Part shown: piece after piece, positions 9,604 to 17,924 of the stretch
Position numbering within the stretch: the stretch's first letter is position 1
How the letters are laid out: every line of letters starts with the position of its first letter
From: Candidatus Woodwardiibium gallinarum
Lineage (GTDB): Bacteria > Bacillota > Clostridia > Oscillospirales > CAG-382
Direction of reading: 5' to 3'
Assembly (NCBI GenBank): GCA_904419545.1
Contig: CAJFRY010000006.1
Span: 26,609-90,608 of the forward strand
Length of the DNA: 64,000 nt
Notes under the pieces: model-generated
The model's database searches: none
What the model saw: only the letters and a program-made list of their open reading frames with translations
What the model was told of the DNA's origin: nothing
Translations under genes and position numbers: made by a program

Positions 9604-9660
9604 ACTTAAATCCACCGCTGCGCAAAGCGGCAAAATCCATTATACCGAAGGGACCACAAG

Positions 9661-10518
9661 ATGTCTTTCATACAAGCCGAAAACCTGTCCTTCGCCTACC
9701 GCGAGGGGGAGGAACCGGTCATCCGGAACATAAGCCTGTCGATTGAAGAAGGCACCTATACGGCGATCATCGGCCACAACGGCAGCGGCAAGAGCACGCT
9801 GGCCAAGCTGCTCTGCGGCATCCTGCCGCCGACGGGCGGCCGCGTGACCGTCGGCGGCATCGATACGACCGACGAGGAGAGGGCGTTTGCGCTGCGGCAG
9901 CTTTGCGGGATGGTGTTCCAGAACCCCGACAACCAGATTGTCGCCTCCGTCGTGGAGGAGGACGTGGCGTTCGCTCCCGAAAACCTCGGAAGGCCGCCGG
10001 AGGAAATCCGCCGCACGGTGGACGAATGCCTGAAGGCCGTCGGGATGACCGAATACGCCAAGCACTCCGCGGCCAAGCTCTCGGGCGGCCAGAAGCAGCG
10101 CGTGGCCATCGCCGGCATTCTGGCAATGAACCCGAAATGCATCGTGTTTGACGAAGCGACCGCCATGCTCGACCCCGCCGGACGGCGCGACATCGCCGCG
10201 GCGATGCGGCATCTGAACCGCGAAAAAGGCATTACCGTCATCACTATCACCCATTATATGAACGAAGCCGTCGAAGCCGGCCGCGTGATCGTGCTCAACC
10301 GCGGCGAGGTCTACAAGGACGGTACGCCGAAGGAAATTTTCTCCGATGTCGCCGGCCTGCAGGAAATCGGTCTGTCGGTCCCGCAGGTGACGGAGTTCGC
10401 CTACCTGCTCGGGCAGGCGGGCTATCCGCTGCCGAAAGGGCTGCTGCATACGATGGAAACCGCCGACGCAGTCGAAGCGCTTCTGCGCGGCCTGCGGAAG
10501 GGAGGGACGTTGCAATGA
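9661..10518 (+). CDS. ecfA1: ECF transporter ATPase component EcfA1
   Basis: 285 aa. Walker A GHNGSGKST, signature LSGGQKQR, and Walker B IVFDEATAMLD. It is first in the ecfA-ecfA-ecfT-truA arrangement. Confidence 0.9.
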   Translation: MSFIQAENLSFAYREGEEPVIRNISLSIEEGTYTAIIGHNGSGKSTLAKLLCGILPPTGGRVTVGGIDTTDEERAFALRQLCGMVFQNPDNQIVASVVEEDVAFAPENLGRPPEEIRRTVDECLKAVGMTEYAKHSAAKLSGGQKQRVAIAGILAMNPKCIVFDEATAMLDPAGRRDIAAAMRHLNREKGITVITITHYMNEAVEAGRVIVLNRGEVYKDGTPKEIFSDVAGLQEIGLSVPQVTEFAYLLGQAGYPLPKGLLHTMETADAVEALLRGLRKGGTLQ

Positions 10519-11378
10519 GCCTGACGCTGGAAAATATCGGCGTCGTGTACGGCGAGAACACCCCCTTCCGTCACACTGCGCTCGAGAATATCAGCATCGC
10601 TTTCCCCAAGGGGAAGGTGACCGGCATCATCGGGCACACCGGCAGCGGCAAGAGCACGCTGGCGATGCTGCTCAACGGACTGCTCAGGCCGACATCCGGC
10701 CGCGTCCTGCTGGACGGCGAGGACATCTGGGCCAAGCCGAAGGAGATGCGCGCGGTCCGCTTTCGGGTGGGACTGGTGTTCCAGTACCCCGAATATCAGC
10801 TTTTTGACGAGACCGTGCGGGCGGACATCGCCTTCGGGCCGAAAAATATGAACCTGTCTGCCGAGGAATGCGACGCGCGCGTCGCGCGGGCGGCGGCCTT
10901 CTGCGGCATCGACGAGACGGTGCTATCCCGCTCGCCGTTCGAGCTGTCGGGCGGACAGAAGCGTCGCGCGGCCATCGCCGGCGTTCTGGCAATGGACCCG
11001 GAGGTGCTCGTGCTCGACGAACCGGCTGCGGGGCTGGACCCGCGCGGACGCGAGGAAATCCTCGGCGGGCTGATGGAATACCAGAAGCAGCGCCAAAGCA
11101 CGATGCTGATCATCTCGCACAGCATGGAGGACATCGCCAAATACGCCGATTCAATCCTTGTGCTCAAAAACGGTAAAGTCTTCCTCTTCGGTACGGTCGG
11201 AGAGGTCTTTGCCGATGCGCAGAAGCTGTTCGACTCCTCGCTCGACCTGCCGCAGATCACGAAGCTCTTCGTCGAGCTGCAAAAACGCGGCCTTGCCGAC
11301 CGCACCGACGTCTACACCGTCGGATATGCGGTAAAAACGGCGGCAAAGCTCGCCGAAAACGCTGCAAAGGAACTATAG
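10515..11378 (+). CDS. ecfA2: ECF transporter ATPase component EcfA2
   Basis: 287 aa. GHTGSGKST, LSGGQKRR and LVLDEPAAGLD. There is a 4-nt overlap with ecfA1. Confidence 0.9.
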   Translation: MSLTLENIGVVYGENTPFRHTALENISIAFPKGKVTGIIGHTGSGKSTLAMLLNGLLRPTSGRVLLDGEDIWAKPKEMRAVRFRVGLVFQYPEYQLFDETVRADIAFGPKNMNLSAEECDARVARAAAFCGIDETVLSRSPFELSGGQKRRAAIAGVLAMDPEVLVLDEPAAGLDPRGREEILGGLMEYQKQRQSTMLIISHSMEDIAKYADSILVLKNGKVFLFGTVGEVFADAQKLFDSSLDLPQITKLFVELQKRGLADRTDVYTVGYAVKTAAKLAENAAKEL

Positions 11379-11382
11379 ATTC

Positions 11383-12198
11383 ATGCTCAAAGACATCACC
11401 TTCGGTCAGTTTTTCCCGGGCGGCAGTCTGCTGCACAGGACCGACCCGCGTTTCAAAATCATTATCCTGCTGGTCTTCCTTGTGCTGGTTCTGCTGGCAA
11501 AAAGCGCTGCGGCGTTTGCCTTTGTCGTGCTGCTGACGGCTGCTCTGCTGCTCTGCTCGCGGCTTTCGTGGCGCATTCTGCTCAAGGGTCTCAAACCGCT
11601 TCTTTTCATCCTCCTGTTCACCGCGCTCATCAACCTTTTTGCTACGCAGGGACATACGGTGCTCTGGCAGTGGTGGATCATCCGAATCACTCGCGAGGGC
11701 CTTGTCAATGCCGTCTTTATGCTCTGCCGGCTTCTTTCGCTTTTTCTGGGAAGCTCGGTCATTCTCACCTATACCACCTCCCCGCTCGACCTGACCGACG
11801 GCATTGAACGGCTGCTGTCGCCGCTGCGGCACTTGCATGTGCCGGTACACGACTTTGCGATGATGATGACCATTGCACTGCGCTTCATTCCCACGCTGAT
11901 TGAGGAAACCGACAAGATCATGTCCGCACAGAAGGCGCGCGGATCGGACTTTGAAACCGGCAGCCTGCTGCGCCGGCTCAAGGCGATGATCCCGATTCTC
12001 ATCCCGCTGTTTTACTCGGCCATCCGCCGTGCCTATGATTTGGCGGAAGCAATGGAATGCCGCTGCTACAACGGCGGCGCCAACCGGACGCGGATGAAGG
12101 TGCTCAGGGCGAAGTTTTCCGATTTCGCGTTTCTCGGCTTTATGCTTGCCTGCACGGCGGCCGTCGTGCTGCTCAACGGGGTCGCGCTGCCGTTATGA
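11383..12198 (+). CDS. ecfT: ECF transporter transmembrane component EcfT
   Basis: 271 aa, polytopic. Carries the conserved EcfT (CbiQ family) motif ARG..FE (SAQKARGSDFETG). Confidence 0.85.
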   Translation: MLKDITFGQFFPGGSLLHRTDPRFKIIILLVFLVLVLLAKSAAAFAFVVLLTAALLLCSRLSWRILLKGLKPLLFILLFTALINLFATQGHTVLWQWWIIRITREGLVNAVFMLCRLLSLFLGSSVILTYTTSPLDLTDGIERLLSPLRHLHVPVHDFAMMMTIALRFIPTLIEETDKIMSAQKARGSDFETGSLLRRLKAMIPILIPLFYSAIRRAYDLAEAMECRCYNGGANRTRMKVLRAKFSDFAFLGFMLACTAAVVLLNGVALPL

Positions 12199-13055
12199 AG
12201 GTCGCACTGACAATCGCCTTCGACGGCACGAACTACTGCGGCTGGCAGGCGCAGAAAAACGGCAACGCCATCCAGACCGCCGTCTGCGAGGCCGCCGCGC
12301 GGGTCTATGGGACGGACGTCCCCGTCACCGGCTGCTCACGGACCGACGCGGGCGTGCACGCCTACGGATTTGTCTGCCATCTCGAGGCTCCGTTCATCAT
12401 TCCGGCAGATGCGCTGCCGCTGGCCTTCAACCGCGTGCTGCCGCCCGACATCGCCGTCCGAAGCGCCTGCGAAGTCGGCGAGGACTTCCACGCCCGCTAC
12501 AGCGCTGCAGGCAAGGAATATCTTTACCGCATCCGCAACAGCCGTCTGCGCGACCCGTTTGAAAACGGACGCGCGCTGCTCTGGCCGCACCCGCTTGACG
12601 AAACGGCTCTCGACCGCGCCGCGCAGGCCTTCGTCGGACGGTATGACTTCCGCGCTTTTATGGCCTCCGGCTCGAAGATCACCGACACGGTGCGGCGCGT
12701 GTTCCGCTTCCGTGTCCGGCGAGAGGGTGAGGACGTCACAATGGCAGTAGCCGCCGACGGCTTTTTATACAATATGGTCCGCATTATGGTCGGGACACTG
12801 CTGTGTCCGGGCATGACGGCAGAAAAAATCACGCATATACTGGAATCGTGCGACCGCGGACAGGCCGGCGCCACCGCGCCGGCGCATGGCCTCTACCTGC
12901 GATGCGTCTTCTATCCGAACGGCGCATTAGCGCCGCCGTTTCCCACGACACCGAAAGGACATACAAACGATGGGCGTTTTTTCCATCTTCCGCGAGCCGG
13001 GGAAGAAAACCGACCCGGCGAAGGTCAAAATCCCTACGAGGGAAGCATATTATGA
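12195..13055 (+). CDS. truA: tRNA pseudouridine(38-40) synthase TruA
   Basis: MKVALTIAFDGTNYCGWQAQ... and the catalytic GCSRTDAGVHA. The ATG at 12195 overlaps the ecfT stop. The ORF-track start at 12057 was rejected. Confidence 0.9.
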   Translation: MKVALTIAFDGTNYCGWQAQKNGNAIQTAVCEAAARVYGTDVPVTGCSRTDAGVHAYGFVCHLEAPFIIPADALPLAFNRVLPPDIAVRSACEVGEDFHARYSAAGKEYLYRIRNSRLRDPFENGRALLWPHPLDETALDRAAQAFVGRYDFRAFMASGSKITDTVRRVFRFRVRREGEDVTMAVAADGFLYNMVRIMVGTLLCPGMTAEKITHILESCDRGQAGATAPAHGLYLRCVFYPNGALAPPFPTTPKGHTNDGRFFHLPRAGEENRPGEGQNPYEGSIL

Positions 13056-14232
13056 AACGATCGCCCGGCGCGTGTCGTTCGTCAAATACGCGGTCATCCT
13101 GCTGAGCGTCTGTTTCGCCGCGTTTGCATTCACCTTTTACGGCGACGAGCTGACGATTGAAAACTTTCGTTATATGCTGAAATTCGTTTCCTTCGATTCC
13201 GTCACCGTCGGCTCCGACGGGTCGCGCGTCGCCTACGACTACGACACGGGAAACATCGGCGCGGTGGTTCGCGGCGATCTGGCGGTAATCAACAGAAGCG
13301 GTATTTGTGTATACGATTTCAATTCCCGCCGCGTGCTTAAAAGCAGCTTTTTCTATACAAATCCGCTCGTGCGCACATCCGACCGCAATGTCTATGTCTG
13401 CGATCTGGGCGGGAAGGAGCTGGAGGTCTTTACTTCCTATTCCTCAGTGCTCAAGCAGACCTATGAATATCCGATCCTCGGGCTGGATGTGACAGACAGC
13501 GGCGCGTTCGCAGTCATTTCCAAAAAACGCAACTACCGCTCGGGCGTCTGGGTGTACGATGAAAATTTCAATACGATTTACACGGCCTTCTTCGGCGCCG
13601 GCGACGACGACCGTGACCGCGAAATTCTGGACGTCGCGCTGCGCGACGACAAAGGCGAGCTGCTCGCTGCAGCCTTTTATACCACCGAAAGCGGCGAGTT
13701 CGAGACCTGCCTGATGCGGCTGGATCTGACTGCGGAGGACAGCTACACGACGCTCACTTACACCGGAGAACTGCCCTGGAAGGCCGTCTACCGCGACGAC
13801 GGCGGCTTCTGGCTGCTGACCAACAAGGCGCTGCGCTCATTCGCCGCCGACGGCAGTTTGCTGTTTGAGGAACGCTACGGCACGCGCACGGTGCAAAAAT
13901 TTGAGCTGGGCGAAAAATACGCGTCTCTTGCATACGGAGGCAGCGGTTTTGGCAACGATATGGATACCGAATTCTTTACGGCAAACGAAGCATGCAGAAC
14001 GGTCGCCGGACCGGCGGTCACAGACATCGCCTTTTTCGGCGATCAGGCCTTCCTGCTGCGGGACGGCGAGCTTCAATCCGTCTCGCTCAGCGGCGGGTCG
14101 GATGCAACGCAGTCCCTTTCACAGACCTACACGTCGCTGCTGCTTGCGCCCGAGACCACACAGCTCGTGCTTTTTTCCGGCGCGGAGGCTGTGATATTAG
14201 ATATCGACGGCATCGGACAGACCGAAGAATAA
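12970..14232 (+). CDS. hypothetical membrane-anchored protein (single N-terminal TM helix, large extracytoplasmic domain)
   Basis: 420 aa with coding-like composition and TM helix VKYAVILLSVCFAAFAFTFY. No recognisable catalytic motif. The start is uncertain: the ATG at 12970 overlaps truA by 86 nt, and an in-frame GTG at 13072 avoids that overlap. Confidence 0.55.
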   Translation: MGVFSIFREPGKKTDPAKVKIPTREAYYETIARRVSFVKYAVILLSVCFAAFAFTFYGDELTIENFRYMLKFVSFDSVTVGSDGSRVAYDYDTGNIGAVVRGDLAVINRSGICVYDFNSRRVLKSSFFYTNPLVRTSDRNVYVCDLGGKELEVFTSYSSVLKQTYEYPILGLDVTDSGAFAVISKKRNYRSGVWVYDENFNTIYTAFFGAGDDDRDREILDVALRDDKGELLAAAFYTTESGEFETCLMRLDLTAEDSYTTLTYTGELPWKAVYRDDGGFWLLTNKALRSFAADGSLLFEERYGTRTVQKFELGEKYASLAYGGSGFGNDMDTEFFTANEACRTVAGPAVTDIAFFGDQAFLLRDGELQSVSLSGGSDATQSLSQTYTSLLLAPETTQLVLFSGAEAVILDIDGIGQTEE

Positions 14233-14251
14233 TCAACAGACGGAGGGTGTT

Positions 14252-14950
14252 ATGAGCGCTATATTGGACATTCTGATTGTCGTCATTATCGGCGTGACGA
14301 TTTTATTTGCAGTTAAAAACGGCTTTGTTAAAACCGTGCTGTCGGCAGCGAGTTTCCTTATCGCGCTGGTGGTCGCTTTCCTGTTTGTCTCCCCGGTACG
14401 CGACGCATTTCTGGAAAGCGGAATGGCCGTCAAGGTGCGTTCGGCAGTAGACGAGAGCATTACCTCCTTCGTCACCGGCGCGTCGGCCGAGCAGGAGGAG
14501 CTGCCCGAATTCCTGACCAAACTGGAGTTCATCGGCATCGACCGGGCCGAGCTGGAGGAAAAATGGAACGATTGGCGCACCGAAAACACCGAAACGCTCA
14601 AAAACGAGCTGGTCGGCTACGTCTCCGAGCCGGTGCTGCGTGCGGTGGCGACCTTTACCGCATTCGTGCTGCTCTACCTTGGCTCAGTGCTGGTCCTGCG
14701 GCTGGCCGCCTATCTGCTCGACAAGCTGACCGACCTGCCCATCCTGCGGCAGGCCAATAAGCTGCTCGGGCTGGTCGCGGGCGTCGTGCTGGCGCTGCTG
14801 CGCGTCTGGCTTTTCTGTGCGGTGGTGCAATTGCTCCTGCCCTGCGCCGACACGCTTGGCTTAGGCATCGTCTCCCATATCGATCCCGCAAATACCTTTT
14901 TGTTCAAATTCTTTTATGAAAACAATTTCTTCAGCCTTTTCTTCGCCTGA
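14252..14950 (+). CDS. cvpA: CvpA family membrane protein
   Basis: 232 aa. The N-terminus ILDILIVVIIGVTILFAVKNGFVKTVL is typical of CvpA. Four or more TM helices. Confidence 0.7.
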   Translation: MSAILDILIVVIIGVTILFAVKNGFVKTVLSAASFLIALVVAFLFVSPVRDAFLESGMAVKVRSAVDESITSFVTGASAEQEELPEFLTKLEFIGIDRAELEEKWNDWRTENTETLKNELVGYVSEPVLRAVATFTAFVLLYLGSVLVLRLAAYLLDKLTDLPILRQANKLLGLVAGVVLALLRVWLFCAVVQLLLPCADTLGLGIVSHIDPANTFLFKFFYENNFFSLFFA

Positions 14951-15069
14951 ACCGGCAGATGTGTCGGCTGCTTCCGGGGATTCCCTCCCCTGCCGACGCC
15001 ATACCAAACCGGCGGGCAATATCCCTGATTGAACCTGCTGCCTGCGGCGGCAGCGGAACGGAGTGCGGA

Positions 15070-15651
15070 ATGGAAAAAAGACAGATTCCCAATATACTTT
15101 CGGCGATCCGGCTGCTGGCGGTGCCTGTTTTCGTCGCCGTCTTCTTCTCGGACATCGCCAATGCAAACATATGGGCGCTGGTCATCTTCGTAGCGGCAGA
15201 GCTGACCGATATCCTCGACGGATATCTTGCGCGCCGGAACGGATGGATCACCGACGTCGGGAAGATTCTCGACCCGCTCGCCGACAAGCTGATGCAGGCG
15301 GCCGCCATCATATCGCTGGCCGTTAAGCAGCCCGTGCTGATCTGGCTGACGGTCCTCTTCGCGGTCAAGGAAACCTGCATGCTCATCGGCGCTTATCTGA
15401 TCCTGAAAAAACGCAAGGACATCGTCGTCTCCTCGTGGTACGGCAAAGCGGCCTCGGCCATCTTTGCCTGTACGGTCACCGCGCTGCTGCTGCTTTGGGA
15501 GAACTACGTCGTCACGCTGACGCTGAGCATCCTGCTCGGGATCGTGATCCTGTTTGCGTTTACCATGTATTATATCAAAATTTTTCGCGGCAAATACGGG
15601 CTGAAAAAGCCGAATCCGTCCGCGAAGCATACGAAAGGCAGAACTGAATGA
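15070..15651 (+). CDS. pgsA: CDP-diacylglycerol--glycerol-3-phosphate 3-phosphatidyltransferase
   Basis: MEKRQIPNILSAIRL... with the CDP-alcohol phosphatidyltransferase motif DILDGYLARRNGWITDVGKILDPLADK. The internal Met at 15070 was chosen. Confidence 0.85.
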   Translation: MEKRQIPNILSAIRLLAVPVFVAVFFSDIANANIWALVIFVAAELTDILDGYLARRNGWITDVGKILDPLADKLMQAAAIISLAVKQPVLIWLTVLFAVKETCMLIGAYLILKKRKDIVVSSWYGKAASAIFACTVTALLLLWENYVVTLTLSILLGIVILFAFTMYYIKIFRGKYGLKKPNPSAKHTKGRTE

Positions 15652-17918
15652 TGCAAATGAAGCTGTGTTCCCGCTGCAAAAAACGTGTGGCGGTGATTTA
15701 CGTGACAAAAACCGAAAACGGTCAGACCACCTCGGAGGGTCTGTGCCTGCGCTGCGCGAAGGAGCTGGGCATCAAGCCGATGAACGACATCATCCGCAAG
15801 CTCGGCATCTCGGAGGAGGAATTCGACGCGATGGCCGATGAAGTGGCGGGGATGATCCCCTTCGCCGAGCCGCAGGATGAGAACGACAACGAGGGCCGCG
15901 CGCCCGCGCTGGATTTCAACGCCATTATGGGTGGCGGCGGGCTGCCCGTCGAGCGGCAGACCGAGTCCGAGCGTGGCACTAAGGGAGACGGCAAGCCCAA
16001 GCGCAAGTACCTCAGCCAATTCTGTATGGACCTGACCGGCAAAGCGCGCGAAAAGAAGCTGGACGCCGTCGTCGGCCGCGAAAAAGAGCTTGAGCGCGTG
16101 ATGCAGATTCTCTGCCGCCGCCAAAAGAACAACCCCTGCCTCATCGGCGAACCCGGCGTCGGCAAAACAGCCGTAGCCGAGGCACTTGCACAGCGCATCG
16201 TTGACGGGAAGGTTCCCGGCAAGCTGGCCGACAAGGAGGTCTATCTGGTGGATATGACCGCCATCGTCGCCGGCACGCAGTTCCGCGGACAGTTTGAGAA
16301 TCGGATGAAGGGACTCATCGACGAAGTGAAAAAGTTAGGCAATATCATTCTTGTCATCGACGAGATCCACTCCATCGTCGGCGCGGGCGACGCGGAGGGC
16401 GGCATGAACGCAGCCAACATCCTCAAGCCGGCGCTCTCGCGCGGCGAGATTCAGGTTATCGGCGCGACCACGCTGACCGAATACCGCAAGCATATCGAAA
16501 ACGACTCGGCGCTCGAGCGGCGCTTCCAGCCGGTTATGATCAACGAACCTTCCATCGAATCGACGGTCGAGATCCTCAAGGGAATCAAAAAATATTATGA
16601 GACCTTCCACGGCATCAAGATTTCCGACGAGCTCATCCGCAAGATGGTCGTCCTCTCCGAGCGCTATATCACCGATCGTTATCTGCCCGACAAGGCCATC
16701 GACATTATGGACGAAGCCTCCTCCTACATGGCGATGCATTCACCGCTCATCAACGAGCTCAATTCGCTTTCGCGCGAGCTGACGGCGCTGAACGAGCGGA
16801 AGAGCGCCATCGAGTCCCAGGAGAACAAGACTGAGGAGGACTACCGCCAGCTCGCTGAGGTGACGACGAAGATCGCCCAGAAGAGCGGCCGGTTCGACGG
16901 CCTTTCCGCCGAGCGCGATTCGCTGTGGCTGGACGAAGCCTCAGTCGCAAAGGTCATCGAGAACTGGACCGGCATCCCCGCGACGAGCATCAGCGAAAAT
17001 GAGTACCAAAAGATGCAGTCGCTCGAGTCGGCACTCAAAAAGCGCATCATCGGACAGGACGAGGCCATCGGCAAAATCGCACGCGCCATCCGCCGCAGCC
17101 GCGCGGGCATCTCGTATAAGAAAAAGCCGGTCTCCTTCATCTTCGCCGGCAGCACCGGCGTGGGAAAGACCGAGCTGGTCAAGGTTCTGGCCTCCTACCT
17201 GTTCGATTCGCCCGAGTCGCTCATCCGGCTGGATATGTCCGAGTTTATGGAAAAGCACTCGGTCTCGCGCATCATCGGCTCGCCTCCGGGCTATGTCGGC
17301 TATGACGATGCCGGGCAGTTGACCGAAAAGATCCGCCGCAAGCTCTACTCGGTCATCCTCTTCGACGAGATCGAAAAGGCGCACCCCGACGTGCTCAACA
17401 TCCTGCTGCAGATCCTGGACGACGGCCGCATCACCGACGCGCACGGCAAGACCGTCAATTTTGAAAACACCGTGCTTATTATGACCACCAACGCCGGCAG
17501 CTCGGCCGACGGCACGCCCGCCGGGTTTACGATGACGGCACATTCAGCCGACGAAGTGAAGGTCAAGGCCGCGCTGGAGGACTTCCTCCGGCCCGAATTC
17601 ATCAACCGCGTCGACGACATCGTCGTCTTTAACCGGCTCACACGTGAGAACTTCGGCTTCATCTGCCGCATTATGCTCGACGACCTTAAATCGGTGCTGG
17701 CCGAGAAGAACGTGGCTTTCACCTACGACGACGCAGCCGTGGCGCTGCTGGTCGAGAAGGGCTACTCCGAAAAATACGGCGCGCGCAACCTGCGCCGCCT
17801 CATCCAGACTGACGTGGAGGACGCGGTCGCCGCCGTTATCATCGAGAGCTACCAGAACGCGGTCACCTCCGTTTCGCTGACCGCCGAAAACGGCGCGCTC
17901 AAGCTCGAGAGCCGTTAG
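15648..17918 (+). CDS. clpE: ClpE-like Clp/Hsp100 AAA+ ATPase with N-terminal zinc ribbon
   Basis: 756 aa. The N-terminus [35 protein letters not shown] has a CxxC...CxxC pattern, as in ClpE. Two Walker A motifs ([16 protein letters not shown]). A possible ClpP-docking loop, PAGFT, is present. No Clp_N repeats were seen. Confidence 0.8.
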   Translation: MMQMKLCSRCKKRVAVIYVTKTENGQTTSEGLCLRCAKELGIKPMNDIIRKLGISEEEFDAMADEVAGMIPFAEPQDENDNEGRAPALDFNAIMGGGGLPVERQTESERGTKGDGKPKRKYLSQFCMDLTGKAREKKLDAVVGREKELERVMQILCRRQKNNPCLIGEPGVGKTAVAEALAQRIVDGKVPGKLADKEVYLVDMTAIVAGTQFRGQFENRMKGLIDEVKKLGNIILVIDEIHSIVGAGDAEGGMNAANILKPALSRGEIQVIGATTLTEYRKHIENDSALERRFQPVMINEPSIESTVEILKGIKKYYETFHGIKISDELIRKMVVLSERYITDRYLPDKAIDIMDEASSYMAMHSPLINELNSLSRELTALNERKSAIESQENKTEEDYRQLAEVTTKIAQKSGRFDGLSAERDSLWLDEASVAKVIENWTGIPATSISENEYQKMQSLESALKKRIIGQDEAIGKIARAIRRSRAGISYKKKPVSFIFAGSTGVGKTELVKVLASYLFDSPESLIRLDMSEFMEKHSVSRIIGSPPGYVGYDDAGQLTEKIRRKLYSVILFDEIEKAHPDVLNILLQILDDGRITDAHGKTVNFENTVLIMTTNAGSSADGTPAGFTMTAHSADEVKVKAALEDFLRPEFINRVDDIVVFNRLTRENFGFICRIMLDDLKSVLAEKNVAFTYDDAAVALLVEKGYSEKYGARNLRRLIQTDVEDAVAAVIIESYQNAVTSVSLTAENGALKLESR

Positions 17919-17924
17919 CGCGCG

